DNA of 61,649 nucleotides, the filler included, from Hausera hauseri (taxonomy: Eukaryota), in assembly GCA_046269625.1 (NCBI GenBank). It is 12 parts of 12 records of this genome, joined end to end, with 100 filler letters (N's around TTAATTAATTAA, not from the genome) between each part and the next. Parts side by side here need not be neighbours in the genome. Positions count along the whole stretch, not along the records: positions 38,092 to 43,942 come from JBJURY010179639.1; positions 44,043 to 48,247 come from JBJURY010702771.1; positions 48,348 to 52,295 come from JBJURY010866296.1; 9 more parts are not named here. The stretch is one strand, 5' to 3'. This document shows positions 40,517 to 52,395 of the stretch, piece by piece (the stretch's first letter is position 1; every line of letters starts with the position of its first letter). Both the position numbers and the translations under genes were made by a program. The notes beneath the pieces were generated by a model that had not been told where the DNA came from, did no database searches, and saw only the letters and a list, made by a program, of their open reading frames with translations.

Positions 40517-40559
40517 CTTTGTTTAAATTTTTATAAATACGGCTGTGTAAGTGTCACTT

Positions 40560-40800
40560 ATGAAAATGTCTCAACCAGATATCTTGGCATCATTTAAGGC
40601 TTTTTCTATTGTAGATTATTTTAATACAGTTGAAAAGTTGTGTGTACAATTGAAGAACATGCAAAAGAAAAGAATGAAGTTTAAGTTCATATGTTTGCTA
40701 TGTAAAGAGAATAGCGTAGATACGGTATTCCTATTGTGTGGTCATCTGGTTGTATGTAACTAATTTTCTAACGTAACGCTATATCCAGAGTATAAAAACA
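40560..40800 (+). pseudogene. Small IAP-type C3HC4 RING protein carried by element B
   Basis: CLLCKENSVDTVFLLCGHLVVCN*; last Cys pair degenerate. Confidence 0.7.
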
Positions 40801-40865
40801 TATTTACTATGAATAAAAGAAAATCATACGAAAAAGCTTTTATTTTTATTACAAATATTTACAAT

Positions 40866-43800
40866 CAAATAGAATAATGTCCTTATGCGACACTTTTTTC
40901 TGGATTTACTGGCCTTTGTTGTCAAACGGGTCCAACGCCTTTTTTCTCGATTGGATTGTCACTAGCTGGTGGTTTTTCGTTCAAATTCGCTCTTGATGCA
41001 CCATGGTGCTACAACCGGTTTTCTATGCCTGTAGGAAATTGCTGAACTGTAGGTTTGTCTGTTTGAGGTTGACCCCTTTGCATTTGAGCACTGATTTGCT
41101 TCGGGTTTTCAGTGCATATGATTTCGGCCGTAGGAAAATTCCCTCTTGATACTCGACACAGCCCTTACTCTCATCCTTAAATTTTCCTATTACAGAAGCG
41201 AAACGAGTTGATTACAGACGGATCAAGTTTATCATAGTTCGAAGTGTCGAATTGTTTATTAGCTATCATTGCCGGCAAGAGCTGTGTTCGCAAGTTAACA
41301 CCATGGCATTCGATGAAAAAACTGTCCGTGTCACCGGCAATAATATTAAGTTTACAATTAAACTGTTGCCTATAAGCCTTCAACTCGATATAATTCATCT
41401 CATACATTCGTAACTTGGAAAGATCAAGTACGGCCTGACCGATGTATGAGGGCCTATCTAATGTAACCATGTCTTTATTAAGACGAAAGGCAACTAGATC
41501 ATCGGCTATAATAATATTTTCTTTAAACTGTGCATTGTGAGCATAAGTAATAAGCTTTGAAGCATTATTACAGTCTCAGGTTTGACATATTTAGCACATT
41601 TTCAACAGTTTTGCCGTATAAGCTGTTGTTCCTAAGCTTAAAAAGTTCTTTTCAAAAGCATTATTTGTTGCAGCCCTCTTGGCAGTATTTAGATCGATAT
41701 AATCCTTAAAGACATAAACCTGGTCAAACCGAACAGCCCGATGTACCTTTTCAACTCTAGCGCATAACTCGATGTACAACTGTAAGAGCTGATAGTGAAT
41801 AACACAATTGGACTTACGCTTATGTGTAAGAAGCAATTTCTTTATTTTCGAGCCAGGAGGACATTTATTAATTGGGGCTAGAGGCAATTGGTTCAATTTG
41901 TCTTGTTTGTCAGCCGGAATGCTTAAATCCACCTCAAACACTAAGCTCGTTTTTCCCTAACAGAGTAAATAAAAGGCAACTGTTCAATTAAACTATTTAA
42001 TTTGTCCTCATTATATATCCATACCAAATTCTCAAATGACAGGTTGAGATAAAGCCCAATCGTACAAATTATTTACATCAATATACAAGAGGCTGGTGTT
42101 TTAATCTGAGACAATTCTATGCCTCTTTACAAAAATCATGCCACCGCGAATAACTGATTGAAATAAACTACATTTTAGGATCCTGAATGAGTTCAATTTT
42201 ACAAGGACTTGATTTTAATGCTGTCGCCCAAGGTAAACCATGAATTGAAACAAAGTTAACCTCTTCTAAACCATCCTGTAACTTAACCTCCTTTCTAAAC
42301 CGTTCAAAATTATCACCTAACAAGTATACATCCAGTTTCATGTATACCAACATATAATCTAAAAGGCTATTACACCTATATCTGGACCAGGTAAGTTGAG
42401 CCTCCTCATAATCACTGTCGCTGACGATCCCATTTTTGTGGTAACTCAGTTATCGATTGCAAGTCACTAAATGTTTTGGCTGCAGTGTATGGAAAAATTC
42501 CTTTTTTTTAATGATTTCCGAAGGAAAAGCCGATTCTGAATGGGCAAGTATCTAAATTGGAGGCAGAAGTTTTCAGTGAAGCCGGTCAAAACTGAAGAGT
42601 GTCTAGAAATCTAATAGTAAGCGACTTTTTACCCGAACATCTTATCATTGCAAACAGTCAAAAATTTTTTAGTCGTTTGTGGAATAACATTTAACTCCCA
42701 ACTGCTGAATTTACTTAATGCGTGTTTTAAGATATGATGAAAATCGTATCCATGCAAAGTATAAAACATAACTGGTAAATTGTATCTAGTCTGTCGTGCT
42801 AAGTTACATTTGTTGCAAGCAGGGCCTAAGAATCTACCTGTAATATGGTAGTGATCTCTAACAAATGTAGTACTCTGTTTGTGGCATAAATAACATGCTG
42901 TGGCGTTTTTTAAGCGAAACCATTCAGCTGGTGTTAATGAGATCATTGGCCTTTTTGCATTTTTATACCAAGGGGAAACTAATGTTTTAACCATTTTCTC
43001 TAAACAGGTCAGAAACTCAACTATGGAATTTTCACCAATAAATTGTCTATGTTCAATACCTGTTGGTGAAATTAACAAGAAACCGGCTGCAGCAGACCAA
43101 TGAATATGCTTGACTTTATCGTCAGGACAAAGAACAGATTTAAAGTTAGCATATATGACGAAAGGCGGACTTATAGATTTGGCCTAGTACTTAAACTCAA
43201 AACTTATTTTCTGGCATTTTTACAATGCCATGCACTTGGCAGAAGAATTGCACATAGGCAAATGCTTAAAATACCCCATATCATACCTAAACCCATGCAA
43301 ACATTTTTCACACCAATGTTTACACTGAATTATTATGCTTTTAGACCGTACGATTAACAGCCGATTCAGATTGGGAACAGCAACATAGTGAAAGTGATCA
43401 TTATTCTCAAGAATCAACAAATTCACTACAGTACAATTCGAATTTTTGGTGCAGTACAAAATATCAACGAATGGATTTTTTGCTATGTCCTCATAAAAAT
43501 CCACATCCTCCTCCTCATGAAACAAAAAGACAATAATTGAAAGCTGTAGATTTTGCCTCTCAAATTTGCGTATATTGCATATTTTCATCGCCATGTCACC
43601 CAAAGAATATTTCAATCTGCTTGAATAAGGAATGTAATTGCTAAATCTATTCCTGTGATGATGATGATTAAAGAGAAAATTTTTGGTCACTGCCAGAATA
43701 GAGTACAGAATGCATAAACTATCCTCATTTTGCACATTAATAAGTCCTTTTCAAAATTTAAAGCTTCAGGTTTTGGAATATATGATTTACCAGACAAGTA

Positions 43801-43942
43801 GGGCAGTGGGCTTGTTTTTACTATGTGAAAACAGTATTTCAAAATCTTCACTATCTTCCATCCACTACCCATTTCAGCAAAATTTTCCATTTGCTCCTGC
43901 AAGTTATCAGCAACAAACTGGGGATAGGTGTGCTCATAAGGA
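40866..43942 (-). pseudogene. Polinton PolB (element B), fragmented
   Basis: MGSGWKI, SGKSYIPKP, CEKCLHGF, RDHYHITGRFLGPACNKCNL, GYDFHH, YIDVNNLY, RPSYIGQAVLDLSKLRMY, AGDTDSFF, KKALDPFD. Confidence 0.93.
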
Positions 43943-44042
43943 NNNNNNNNNNNNNNNNNNNNNNNNNNNNNNNNNNNNNNNNNNNNTTAATTAATTAANN
44001 NNNNNNNNNNNNNNNNNNNNNNNNNNNNNNNNNNNNNNNNNN
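43943..44042. other. Artificial contig spacer
   Basis: 44 N + TTAATTAATTAA + 44 N. Confidence 0.98.
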
Positions 44043-46304
44043 GGAATAGCAGTTAACTCATGCTTTGTTTGAGTTAACTAATTTAAATACGTGTTATGCG
44101 CTGATTTCATGGTTGGTTATTTCCAGGTTGATTATTTCTAAGTTATTGGAAAGTTGCGGTAGTCGTTGTAAATGCGAATTTTTTGTTGTCTTGGTCTTGG
44201 TTAAGCAGAAAATTTAATGGTAGAGTTAAACGCAAGGGATATTAACATGATTATTGAGACGTTAAGAAGGAATAATTATACAGCTACAGCAATTCACGGT
44301 ATAATACGTAATGCCTGGAGCGAAGAAGTCATTGGAGTACGAAGAATACAGAAAGTTTTAAAGGAGTTTGAAGAAGGAACTCGTACAAACTTTGATAGAA
44401 AGAAGGCAGCGGCAGGAAACGTGATCAGCGCAGAGATGATGCAAGGGAGCAGATTAATCAGCTTGTAAGAGATAATTGCAAAATTACAATTAGAGAATTA
44501 TAGCATATTTGCAATTTGTCGCAGACAATGGTATTCCAGATACTGACCTATGATTTTCAGTTTAAATGCGTTGCGGACAAACGGATTTCTCATTTGCTTA
44601 CTGAAAAATCACAAAGGTGAAAGAGTACGCTGTTGCATAGATATGGTTAAATTGTTCAAGCAAAAAAGGAATATCACACAGCACCAGATTGTAACCGATG
44701 AGAAGTATTTCTTTGCATCTCCACTCGGGAACTTCACTACAAGAAGATCTTGGGTTGCCCCGGATAGGTATAAAATGGAAATACCGAAACGTATGCTCGT
44801 AGAAAAGAAATTTCTGGCATTAGTTGCGGTTAAGTTTGCAGGTCTTTCGCATTTCAAAGTTTTTCACGTTACGAAACAGCCGATTCCGAAAAATGTATAG
44901 AACCAATTAACGGCTTTAATTTATATGAGTTGATAAAAGACAGAAGATCAATAAATGGGGAGTCTTGCATCCTCATGAAAGATAACGCGAGGCCACATGT
45001 CTCCAGGCAAACGCTTCAGTTTTTCGAAGGAAAACATTGCGCATTCTTAAAACAATCAGTGTACTCTCCTGACACAAACATTTGTGACCGAATACTGTTC
45101 CCAAAACTTGAAAAGAAGCGTTCAAGGGATGAACATTTCAAATGGAAGAAGAACTTGAAAATTACGAAGAGATGAGCTTCATAGGTTAATTCCTCAGATT
45201 ACGGAACGTGAGTTCTATATTTCACAAATACAATTACAAAATAAAATATTAGGTCTATAACTTAAAACCCACCTTCTAGCAATAGACAGTTGTAACTTTG
45301 ACAATGGTCAAATGTTATGTTTGAATAGGGCATCATTTGTACAGAAGATGAGCTTAAAGAAAGAGATATCAAAAGGTGAAAAACTATCTCCGAAATGCTG
45401 CTTGCCAGACAAAAACGAAAGGGGCTTTTGCATCGAATTATGACAGGCGATGAAAAGTGGATATTTTTCGATAATCCCAAACGCCGAAAAACCATTTACA
45501 ACCCAGGTTAACCATCGACATCGACGCCAAAACGAAATATTCACGGGACGAAGGCCATGTTCTGTATTTGCTGAGACCAGAAGGGTGTGATATATTACGA
45601 GATACTTAAACCTGGTCAAAAAGTAACAGAGGATCTCTACCAACAACAAATGATTCGTTTGAGCCAAGAACTGTACGAAAAATCACCAGAATATGAGACA
45701 AGACAGCATAAAGTGATCTTGCTTCATGACAACGCTCGACCTCATGTCACTAAGGTGGTCAAGAAAACATTGTAAGAACTTCGCTGGGAAGTGCTACTCC
45801 ATGCGGTTTATTCACCAGACTGTGACCCTTCTGATTACCACTTGTTTCGGTCGATGGCACACACGCTTGCTAAGGAACACTTTAAGTCTTATGAAAACGT
45901 CGAAAAATGTGTCTCTGACTGGATAGCCTCTAAAGATGAGTCGTTCTTTCGCAATTGGATCCGCTTATTGCCACAAAGATGGGAAATAGTCATATCTAAC
46001 GATGGACAATATTTTGATTGATGTATTTTTTCATTTGTTCCTTAAATAAAGGCTTAATTTTTGCAAATACAGGCGGGTTTTAAGTTATAGACCTAATAGA
46101 TTATAACGGTAATTGCGTTTAAATGAATTCACTTTACCATAGCCATATGACTTAAAAACGACATCAAATACATGTTTGCCAGTTTAGGAATGGAGTTTTA
46201 GTTTCTTTTAAAATAAATGTACTATATAGCTTTTATAAAATCATATATAGTAATTAAAAATTCAATTCATTAAAAAACGAACCCTTTTTCAACTCAACCC
46301 AATA
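44043..46304 (+). mobile_element. Older mariner element (transposase 44217-45175), interrupted by a second mariner
   Basis: VTDEKYFF, MKDNARPHVS, YSPDTNICD (DD34D-type); probable right end ...AACTCAACCCAA-TA at about 46291-46304. Confidence 0.8.
45249..46096 (+). mobile_element. Internally deleted mariner (mauritiana-like) with both TIRs and TA target duplication
   Basis: TA|TTAGGTCTATAACTTAAAACCCACC ... GGCGGGTTTTAAGTTATAGACCTAA|TA; TGDEKWIFFDNPKR, HDNARPH, YSPDCDPSDYHLF. Confidence 0.95.
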
Positions 46305-46676
46305 CTATAACATTTCAAATCTTCAATTAATGGTGGACGGTATATCAGCAGTATATTCCTACTGAATCTGAACCAAAATCCATTGCTGACGAGTTAAATT
46401 TGGAGATCAGACAAAGTCAAGAGCATCAGGGATATTAGTCTCGAAGCCACGAACAAGAATGAGAGATGAAGCCAATAAATCTATGAGCTGGTCTCATCAG
46501 AACATAAATAAAATTACCAGAAATATTTGTTTTACTTTCCTCATTTTTCATTGTTTCATAAGACGTTTTGTCACACAGTCACGTATTCGACCTATTCGAA
46601 TAACCCTAACCTCAAAACCATCCGTCAAGATTTAATGACAATAGGAAAATCCAAAGTAAGAAGTCAACAAAATTTA

Positions 46677-48035
46677 TTAATAAAAAAGTTTTTTCAATCT
46701 TCCCAGTTCTTCACAAAGTCCCCGAAATTCCGGATACTGGACGAGATTTTCGTACATAAATATCAATTGATTGGTAAACGAATTTTCCGTTTGTTCAACA
46801 AGCGTCTGCATCATATTTTGCAATGACTCAACGTCCTCTGTCGATAGACCACTACAACGAATTCCAGCAGAAACCTTCATCAACGCACCGACATTACTTC
46901 TGAGTACATCTTCCAACACAACCGTTTGGATTTGAATTTGTTTCAAACGATTCATTCGTTGGGTATCTTCCTCTGTCGATTGAAACTGGAGATTTTCGAA
47001 TCTGTTAGCCAAAGATGCCATTTGCACGACAAACTCAAAATATTCGTGGCTGTATTTTAAATGGAAATTGTCTGTCTCAGTGTTACCTCCTTCATTCTTC
47101 CAAATGAAGTCATTTACAAGCTGATTAAAGTCCATTCGAACATTCATCAAATATCGAATCATATCCAAATTCAATTTCAATGCATTCTGTTCACACGAAT
47201 TGAAATCGCCTGCCTCAATATATCCATAAATGCATGTTTGACAAAATGAACGAAAATCAATAAATCTCAACGAATTAATATTCGATGCGTTATGGCAAAT
47301 GTTACAGTTCGTACTGAACGGAAACACTTGAATCATCGATTCGGTTTCCGATGAAAAGTCGACGAATATCGCTCGAATTTCCCGCAGGATTTGGCGATTA
47401 TTTCGCATTTCCAGCTGTAATTCGACTCGGCTTTCTTCTTTACTGGAAACCGATTTCAAAACGGAAAGAACAACATTAAAATTCTCCGACATATTGTACA
47501 AAATGGTCATTATAACGATCAGTTTGTTGGTCAACAGGTTGTAGTGGTCAGTTTTTAGTGATCGAATACTTTCCATTTTTTGAGGAATATTCAAGAGATT
47601 TTCGTTGATTGTTTCAAATTCCGAACTCTGTGTTAACTTGAAAAATTCAAGAATTCTTTCGACGAGATTATCGATTTCTTCTTTGGTCTCAAAATTTTCG
47701 AATACATCATTCCAATTCAAGAGGACTTGACAATTATCAACTAACTGTTCAAACTTACAAAACACATCAATAACATACTCCAATGCTTTGATCCCTTTGG
47801 ATTTCCACAAGGTTTCGAACGAATCGTCAACGATTTCCTCGTATGACTTTTCGCTCAATATCTGTTGGTTTTCGCACAATATGATGGCTTTTTGAATTTT
47901 TGTTCGATCCAAAGGGCAATTTGGATATGTGAAGGATTTGAAACAGTCTTCACAGAATATATGAGAACACGAAATGAACTTAACAATGTTTCGATCTTTG
48001 AGTGGTTTGTAACAAATGGGACATTGTTCGGTCAT
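46677..48035 (-). CDS. Intronless RING-HC finger protein, putative E3 ligase (452 aa)
   Basis: CPICYKP...CSHIFCEDC...CPLDR at the N-terminus, helical/coiled-coil body, intact ORF. Confidence 0.85.
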   Translation of the reverse strand: MTEQCPICYKPLKDRNIVKFISCSHIFCEDCFKSFTYPNCPLDRTKIQKAIILCENQQILSEKSYEEIVDDSFETLWKSKGIKALEYVIDVFCKFEQLVDNCQVLLNWNDVFENFETKEEIDNLVERILEFFKLTQSSEFETINENLLNIPQKMESIRSLKTDHYNLLTNKLIVIMTILYNMSENFNVVLSVLKSVSSKEESRVELQLEMRNNRQILREIRAIFVDFSSETESMIQVFPFSTNCNICHNASNINSLRFIDFRSFCQTCIYGYIEAGDFNSCEQNALKLNLDMIRYLMNVRMDFNQLVNDFIWKNEGGNTETDNFHLKYSHEYFEFVVQMASLANRFENLQFQSTEEDTQRMNRLKQIQIQTVVLEDVLRSNVGALMKVSAGIRCSGLSTEDVESLQNMMQTLVEQTENSFTNQLIFMYENLVQYPEFRGLCEELGRLKKLFY

Positions 48036-48247
48036 TCTTTTATGGAACTATTTCATATTCGTCAGATTTACAAACAAATTTAAAATAGTCATTCATAGAA
48101 ATAAACCCAAATAAAATGGTGGAAAATATTGTTTACAAAATGCTAACTGCTGTTAAGGTAATATCTTAATATAACCAAACAAAATACCCATATTTTTGAT
48201 GCCATATGTGTCATATTGCTATAGACATGAAAATAAGAACCATAACA

Positions 48248-48347
48248 NNNNNNNNNNNNNNNNNNNNNNNNNNNNNNNNNNNNNNNNNNNNTTAATTAAT
48301 TAANNNNNNNNNNNNNNNNNNNNNNNNNNNNNNNNNNNNNNNNNNNN
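48248..48347. other. Artificial contig spacer
   Basis: 44 N + TTAATTAATTAA + 44 N. Confidence 0.98.
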
Positions 48348-48729
48348 GGACCAGATTTTAACTATGCTTATGTGTTTGTTCAAGTTTGATGATAGAGATT
48401 TAAGTAATATTGGATAGTCTATCATTCGAAGTCATTTATTTGTCGCAGGTTTACAGCTAAAAGAGTTGGATAGTGTTTGTTTCATTGTTTAATATTTTTC
48501 TTTTTTAATGTTTAATTTTTATGGCCTTTTTAATACATAATTACAGAGGTGATGATATTAAAAAATATCCGTAATGTGCATGCGTTCATATTATGAATTA
48601 AACCACCATTCTAAATCTCTTGTACAATAGTAAATGCGATCCAAAGGTCCGATAAATTAAGATTACAAAATCATAACAAATAATATATTTCAAATTCACA
48701 ACAACAAAAGAAAGTTCAAAAACAGAAAT

Positions 48730-49095
48730 AATTTAGTCATTGTACATAAAAGTGTTTGTAACGTAAGCAATAATAAACAGTAATGTCCACATAGTATAGA
48801 CATCGGATGTTGATAATGAACTCTATCATATTCAGCACGGTATGATTGTCATTCAAACTGAGAAACTAACGATGATGGATAGTAAAATCCAAGCGGATCG
48901 AATACTCTAACGACGTTGGTCGGATGGGCGTACACAGCAATCCAATGTTCTACAGGCAACGATGAAGTGTGTATTGACAATGAAACCGCCACCACTAGTT
49001 TGTCGTAAATCACACGGCGCACAGACCAGTGGAAACACTACGAAATTTCGCACCCAAGAGCGGTTTTCCGTAGTGACTGAGCTCGGTGGAGGTAA
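48730..49095 (-). pseudogene. Adenain-like cysteine maturation protease (not in ORF track)
   Basis: Fragments FIVNTH, LPVEHWIAVY...VRVFDPLG and YQHPMSILCGHYCLL give the His-Asp-Gln-Cys pattern. Confidence 0.85.
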
Positions 49096-49186
49096 ATGTG
49101 AAAAATATAATTTAAGTATAAGAGAAATAATAATAAACTACTTCGTAGTACGACAAAGAAAAGGTAAGACAGCGGATTTTATTTAC

Positions 49187-50411
49187 TTATACAACGACGG
49201 TTCCGTTTTTCCTTATTTCGACCTCGGCATCAAATACACCGTAAATGTACATCACCGTAGATTTCTCTAACGCTTTAGCAAAGTGAACCTCCAATCTCAG
49301 GTTTCCCTGCTGAGGTAGTTGAATCTGTTCAACTTCATAATCAGGAGCCAAGATATAGGTGAATAATGGATATATGGACTTGAAGAAATCCATCGATATG
49401 CCATTATTGACATTTTTGTTCAGCAAGCACATGATGATAGATTGCATATATGTACAAACATAATCGCCGGTCTGGAAATCCTGATGGTATATTTCAACGA
49501 AATCCGCATTCCGATCCAAAATGGTGTAATTCACGTTGCTATGAATAAACGTTTCCGAATCGGTGGTATAATTGCCCTTTTGTTGAACTGTCGTTTCAAA
49601 TGTAACAAGCACAAATTTCGGCAATCGCATGTCAAACAGGGCATCTTGGTAAAACGTAGTTGAACCTTTGGGTATGGTATAAAACATGAGTTCTGTGCGT
49701 TGTAATGGGTAACAGGCACTTTGTTTTTCCAAGCCCAATCGATGTCCCATGAGCACAGATGGCTCTAGTTTTACTTGACGTACGTATAATCGTGCCTGGA
49801 TAATTTTCAGTATGGGTTTGAGATTTGCAAAGTGGTTTTCAAACAAAAGACATTGTCTCTGAGTTTCAGCCGAATCATGGCTTTAACACCGGGCAGTAGG
49901 TATTTCGGCTGAACGAAAAAGTTAAAGTACAGCGATCCACACATGGTAAACGCTTTTCAATCGGCCACCATGCCTGACGGTTTGCTGCAGTGGCGTCATA
50001 TCGGATGGTTTCCGTCAAATGAATCGCTTTCGTGTCTGCACTGTAATTCAGAGCCGTTTCAATGAGTGCTTTGATACTGTATAGACTTGTGTTGCCTTCA
50101 ATTTTGACGCTGTTTAGAGTCAATGAAGCATCCTGCAACAGTGTGAGGAAAAGGTAATTGACCGGTGTGAGAGTGTCTGTTGCAGCGAGAATCGTTGACA
50201 AATCCTTTTTAACAATGACTTTCACAAATAGCAGCGTATTGTTTAAATCGAGATATTCTTTTTCTAAATCCATAATGTTAAATTCAGTGTAAATATTATC
50301 GTCCATTGAAACAGAATCAACGGGATAGATTTCTTTAAATGCCACATTGTCAATAACAACTTGTGGCGCGCCTTTGTCAAATATACACAATTCAGATTTT
50401 CCATATGTCAT
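49187..50411 (-). pseudogene. Polinton major capsid protein (hexon-like, F54H12.2-like), frameshifted
   Basis: KSELCIFD...EFNI...EYLDLNNTLLFVK; QPKYLLPGV; ARLYVRQVKL...YPLQRT; GNLRLEVHFAKAL. Confidence 0.9.
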
Positions 50412-50418
50412 TTGTCTG

Positions 50419-50769
50419 TCAATCGAAAATCGTACAACGACGATGTTTGTTTATATTTGATGAGCTCGATGATGCGCTACGACGTTTTCTCAAGCTACTG
50501 CTAGCGAATTGTTTTTTGGCTGATTTAACAACTCACGGTGCAGCGCTTTTTATTTCTGACAATGCGTGTTCCTTCAGTGATGGTAAAATTGATTTGTTTT
50601 CATATAGTACATCCTGTACTGTTTTTGTTGCCACGGCTTTAATACATTTCAACACCAGAAATGCTAAACGTGCCAATGTACGCAACCATCCAGAGCCATA
50701 CTGTTTTCCAACGAAATACGGCAGTTTCCCATCTTTTTGGGGTTTACTGTAAATGAAAGAATCAATCAT
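50419..50769 (-). pseudogene. Small basic QxGxG-motif virion core/membrane-active protein
   Basis: FVGKQYGSGWLRTLARLAFLVLK (adenain-type site plus amphipathic helix); internal TGA; basic tail RKRRS...KHRR; lies between penton and MCP. Confidence 0.7.
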
Positions 50770-51723
50770 TTTGGATTCGACGGAAATTAAGAGTTAGATT
50801 GATTGTGGTACCGTACGGATATTCAATAAGACAGCCGGCGTCATATTGGATATTCACTTCAACATTGTTTATCGATGTAGATACCACAGGTAGGTACATT
50901 GGATTATCGAGCTTGACAGGTACATTGTCGCCCGCAGTGTACTTGCTGCTTTCCGGATAAATTGCACAGAGTAGCAGTACACGTACTCCACCGACCAAAA
51001 TCGGTTCGGTAACGTTCACATAAATGTACATTTGACTTAGTCCAGTGTTCAGTTTGAATTTATGTGTTGCAACATGTGCCGTGTTAGTATTCGATGCCTC
51101 AAACCGCTGTTTTTCAAAACCCAATACCATGGCCATAGCTTTGTCCAATGAAATGTAGCCACTTGCATCAGACTCGAAAACCTTAAATATCTCCTTATAC
51201 TGACAGAGATGTACTACAGATTCGCAATAGACATTGTCTCCAATATATACGTATGACGTTGACACCCTTTCTCGTGTATAGATAAATTTCACCGTTGTCT
51301 GGTAATATACGGAACATATTCTTGGACGAACTACATATTCACTTTTGGTATGTTTACCTTTGTACTCTGTAAACTCAAAATCTGCCAGAATATGTAAGTT
51401 TTGATCTAAAATAAAAACGCCGATTTTGCCGTGTGAACCATAATTTGTACTGGTCGTGCAAATGGCCGATTCTCCAACTGTTATTTTAGTTAGTAATTGT
51501 CAAAGGACAAGAATGTGTTTTGGTTTCAGTAACAGTCTTCTACGTTATTTTCATACTACCTTTCAATGTCACCGGTGCGTAGGGAAAGTTAAATTTCATC
51601 AGTGCAACCTCGTTTTCCAGATAAATCCAAAGGATTATCCCAATCTACAACGTATTCATTTCCTGAATTGTTTGGACGAGTCGTCGGACAAATGTTGCTC
51701 GGCAACACCATGTAAATACTCAT
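50762..51723 (-). pseudogene. Polinton minor capsid protein (penton-like)
   Basis: MSIYMVLPSN...PNN...NPLDLSG..EVAL; MYIYVNVTEPILVGGVRVLLL; NPMYLPV; TLNFRR. Confidence 0.88.
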
Positions 51724-51791
51724 GATCTCTATGAGGATAATGATAGTGATGATGCAGTTTGTTTATTATCGACGGCATCGTAAATATAACG

Positions 51792-52274
51792 TTAAATGTG
51801 TCGCTGACCCAAACAGAATTTTAATGGGCTCTCAAAATTCATCAAGTATATACACGGAAATACTGTGTACAATATTGTGAGACAATGATAAGTACATGGG
51901 CCTGAGCGTATTAACGCGAAAAGTTTAACTTGATGTTTTTTACGTTTCACAATCCAGTTCAATAGAAGCCAGTAGTTGCTTACGTTCTCCACCAACAAGT
52001 ATGGATTTGGTTAAGTCCGTTAAAATTTTGATTCTATGAAATGCTCCATTGAGTTGTGGTTAGTATTTGGCAACAATAGATCGTCCAACAATGTTTTGAC
52101 AGAATTTAAGTTTTGAAAAACCCAGATTTCGAGCCAATAATTCATCAAAACAAAATATGTAACATTGTCATATAGTATAATCGAAATATGACCATCTGCG
52201 TTTATTTCACATGTATTTACAGCTAATGTAGCCCTTTTCTTGACATATTCACACAATTCCAGTTCCGTTTCCAT
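51792..52274 (-). other. Two small co-oriented ORFs upstream of penton (possible Polinton accessory genes)
   Basis: ORFs 52020-52274 and 51792-51998; no recognised motif. Confidence 0.3.
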
Positions 52275-52295
52275 TAATAAATCGTGTGGTATAAT

Positions 52296-52395
52296 NNNNN
52301 NNNNNNNNNNNNNNNNNNNNNNNNNNNNNNNNNNNNNNNTTAATTAATTAANNNNNNNNNNNNNNNNNNNNNNNNNNNNNNNNNNNNNNNNNNNN
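52296..52395. other. Artificial contig spacer
   Basis: 44 N + TTAATTAATTAA + 44 N. Confidence 0.98.

Noticed and set aside
38286-40524. hAT element carrying Polinton cargo (21-bp inverted repeats CGGGGTGGGAAT.../...ATTCCCACCCTA with near-8-bp TSD CTTTGTTC/CTTTGTTT)
   Set aside because: Inner AGTAG/ACTACT termini and mirror-image PolB 3' ends explain the repeats better as subterminal boxes of two Polintons; the TSD is imperfect. Not fully excluded.
26678-52295. A single complete Polinton assembled from the PolB and capsid contigs
   Set aside because: The pieces lie on different contigs and belong to different families; no Polinton integrase or packaging ATPase is seen.
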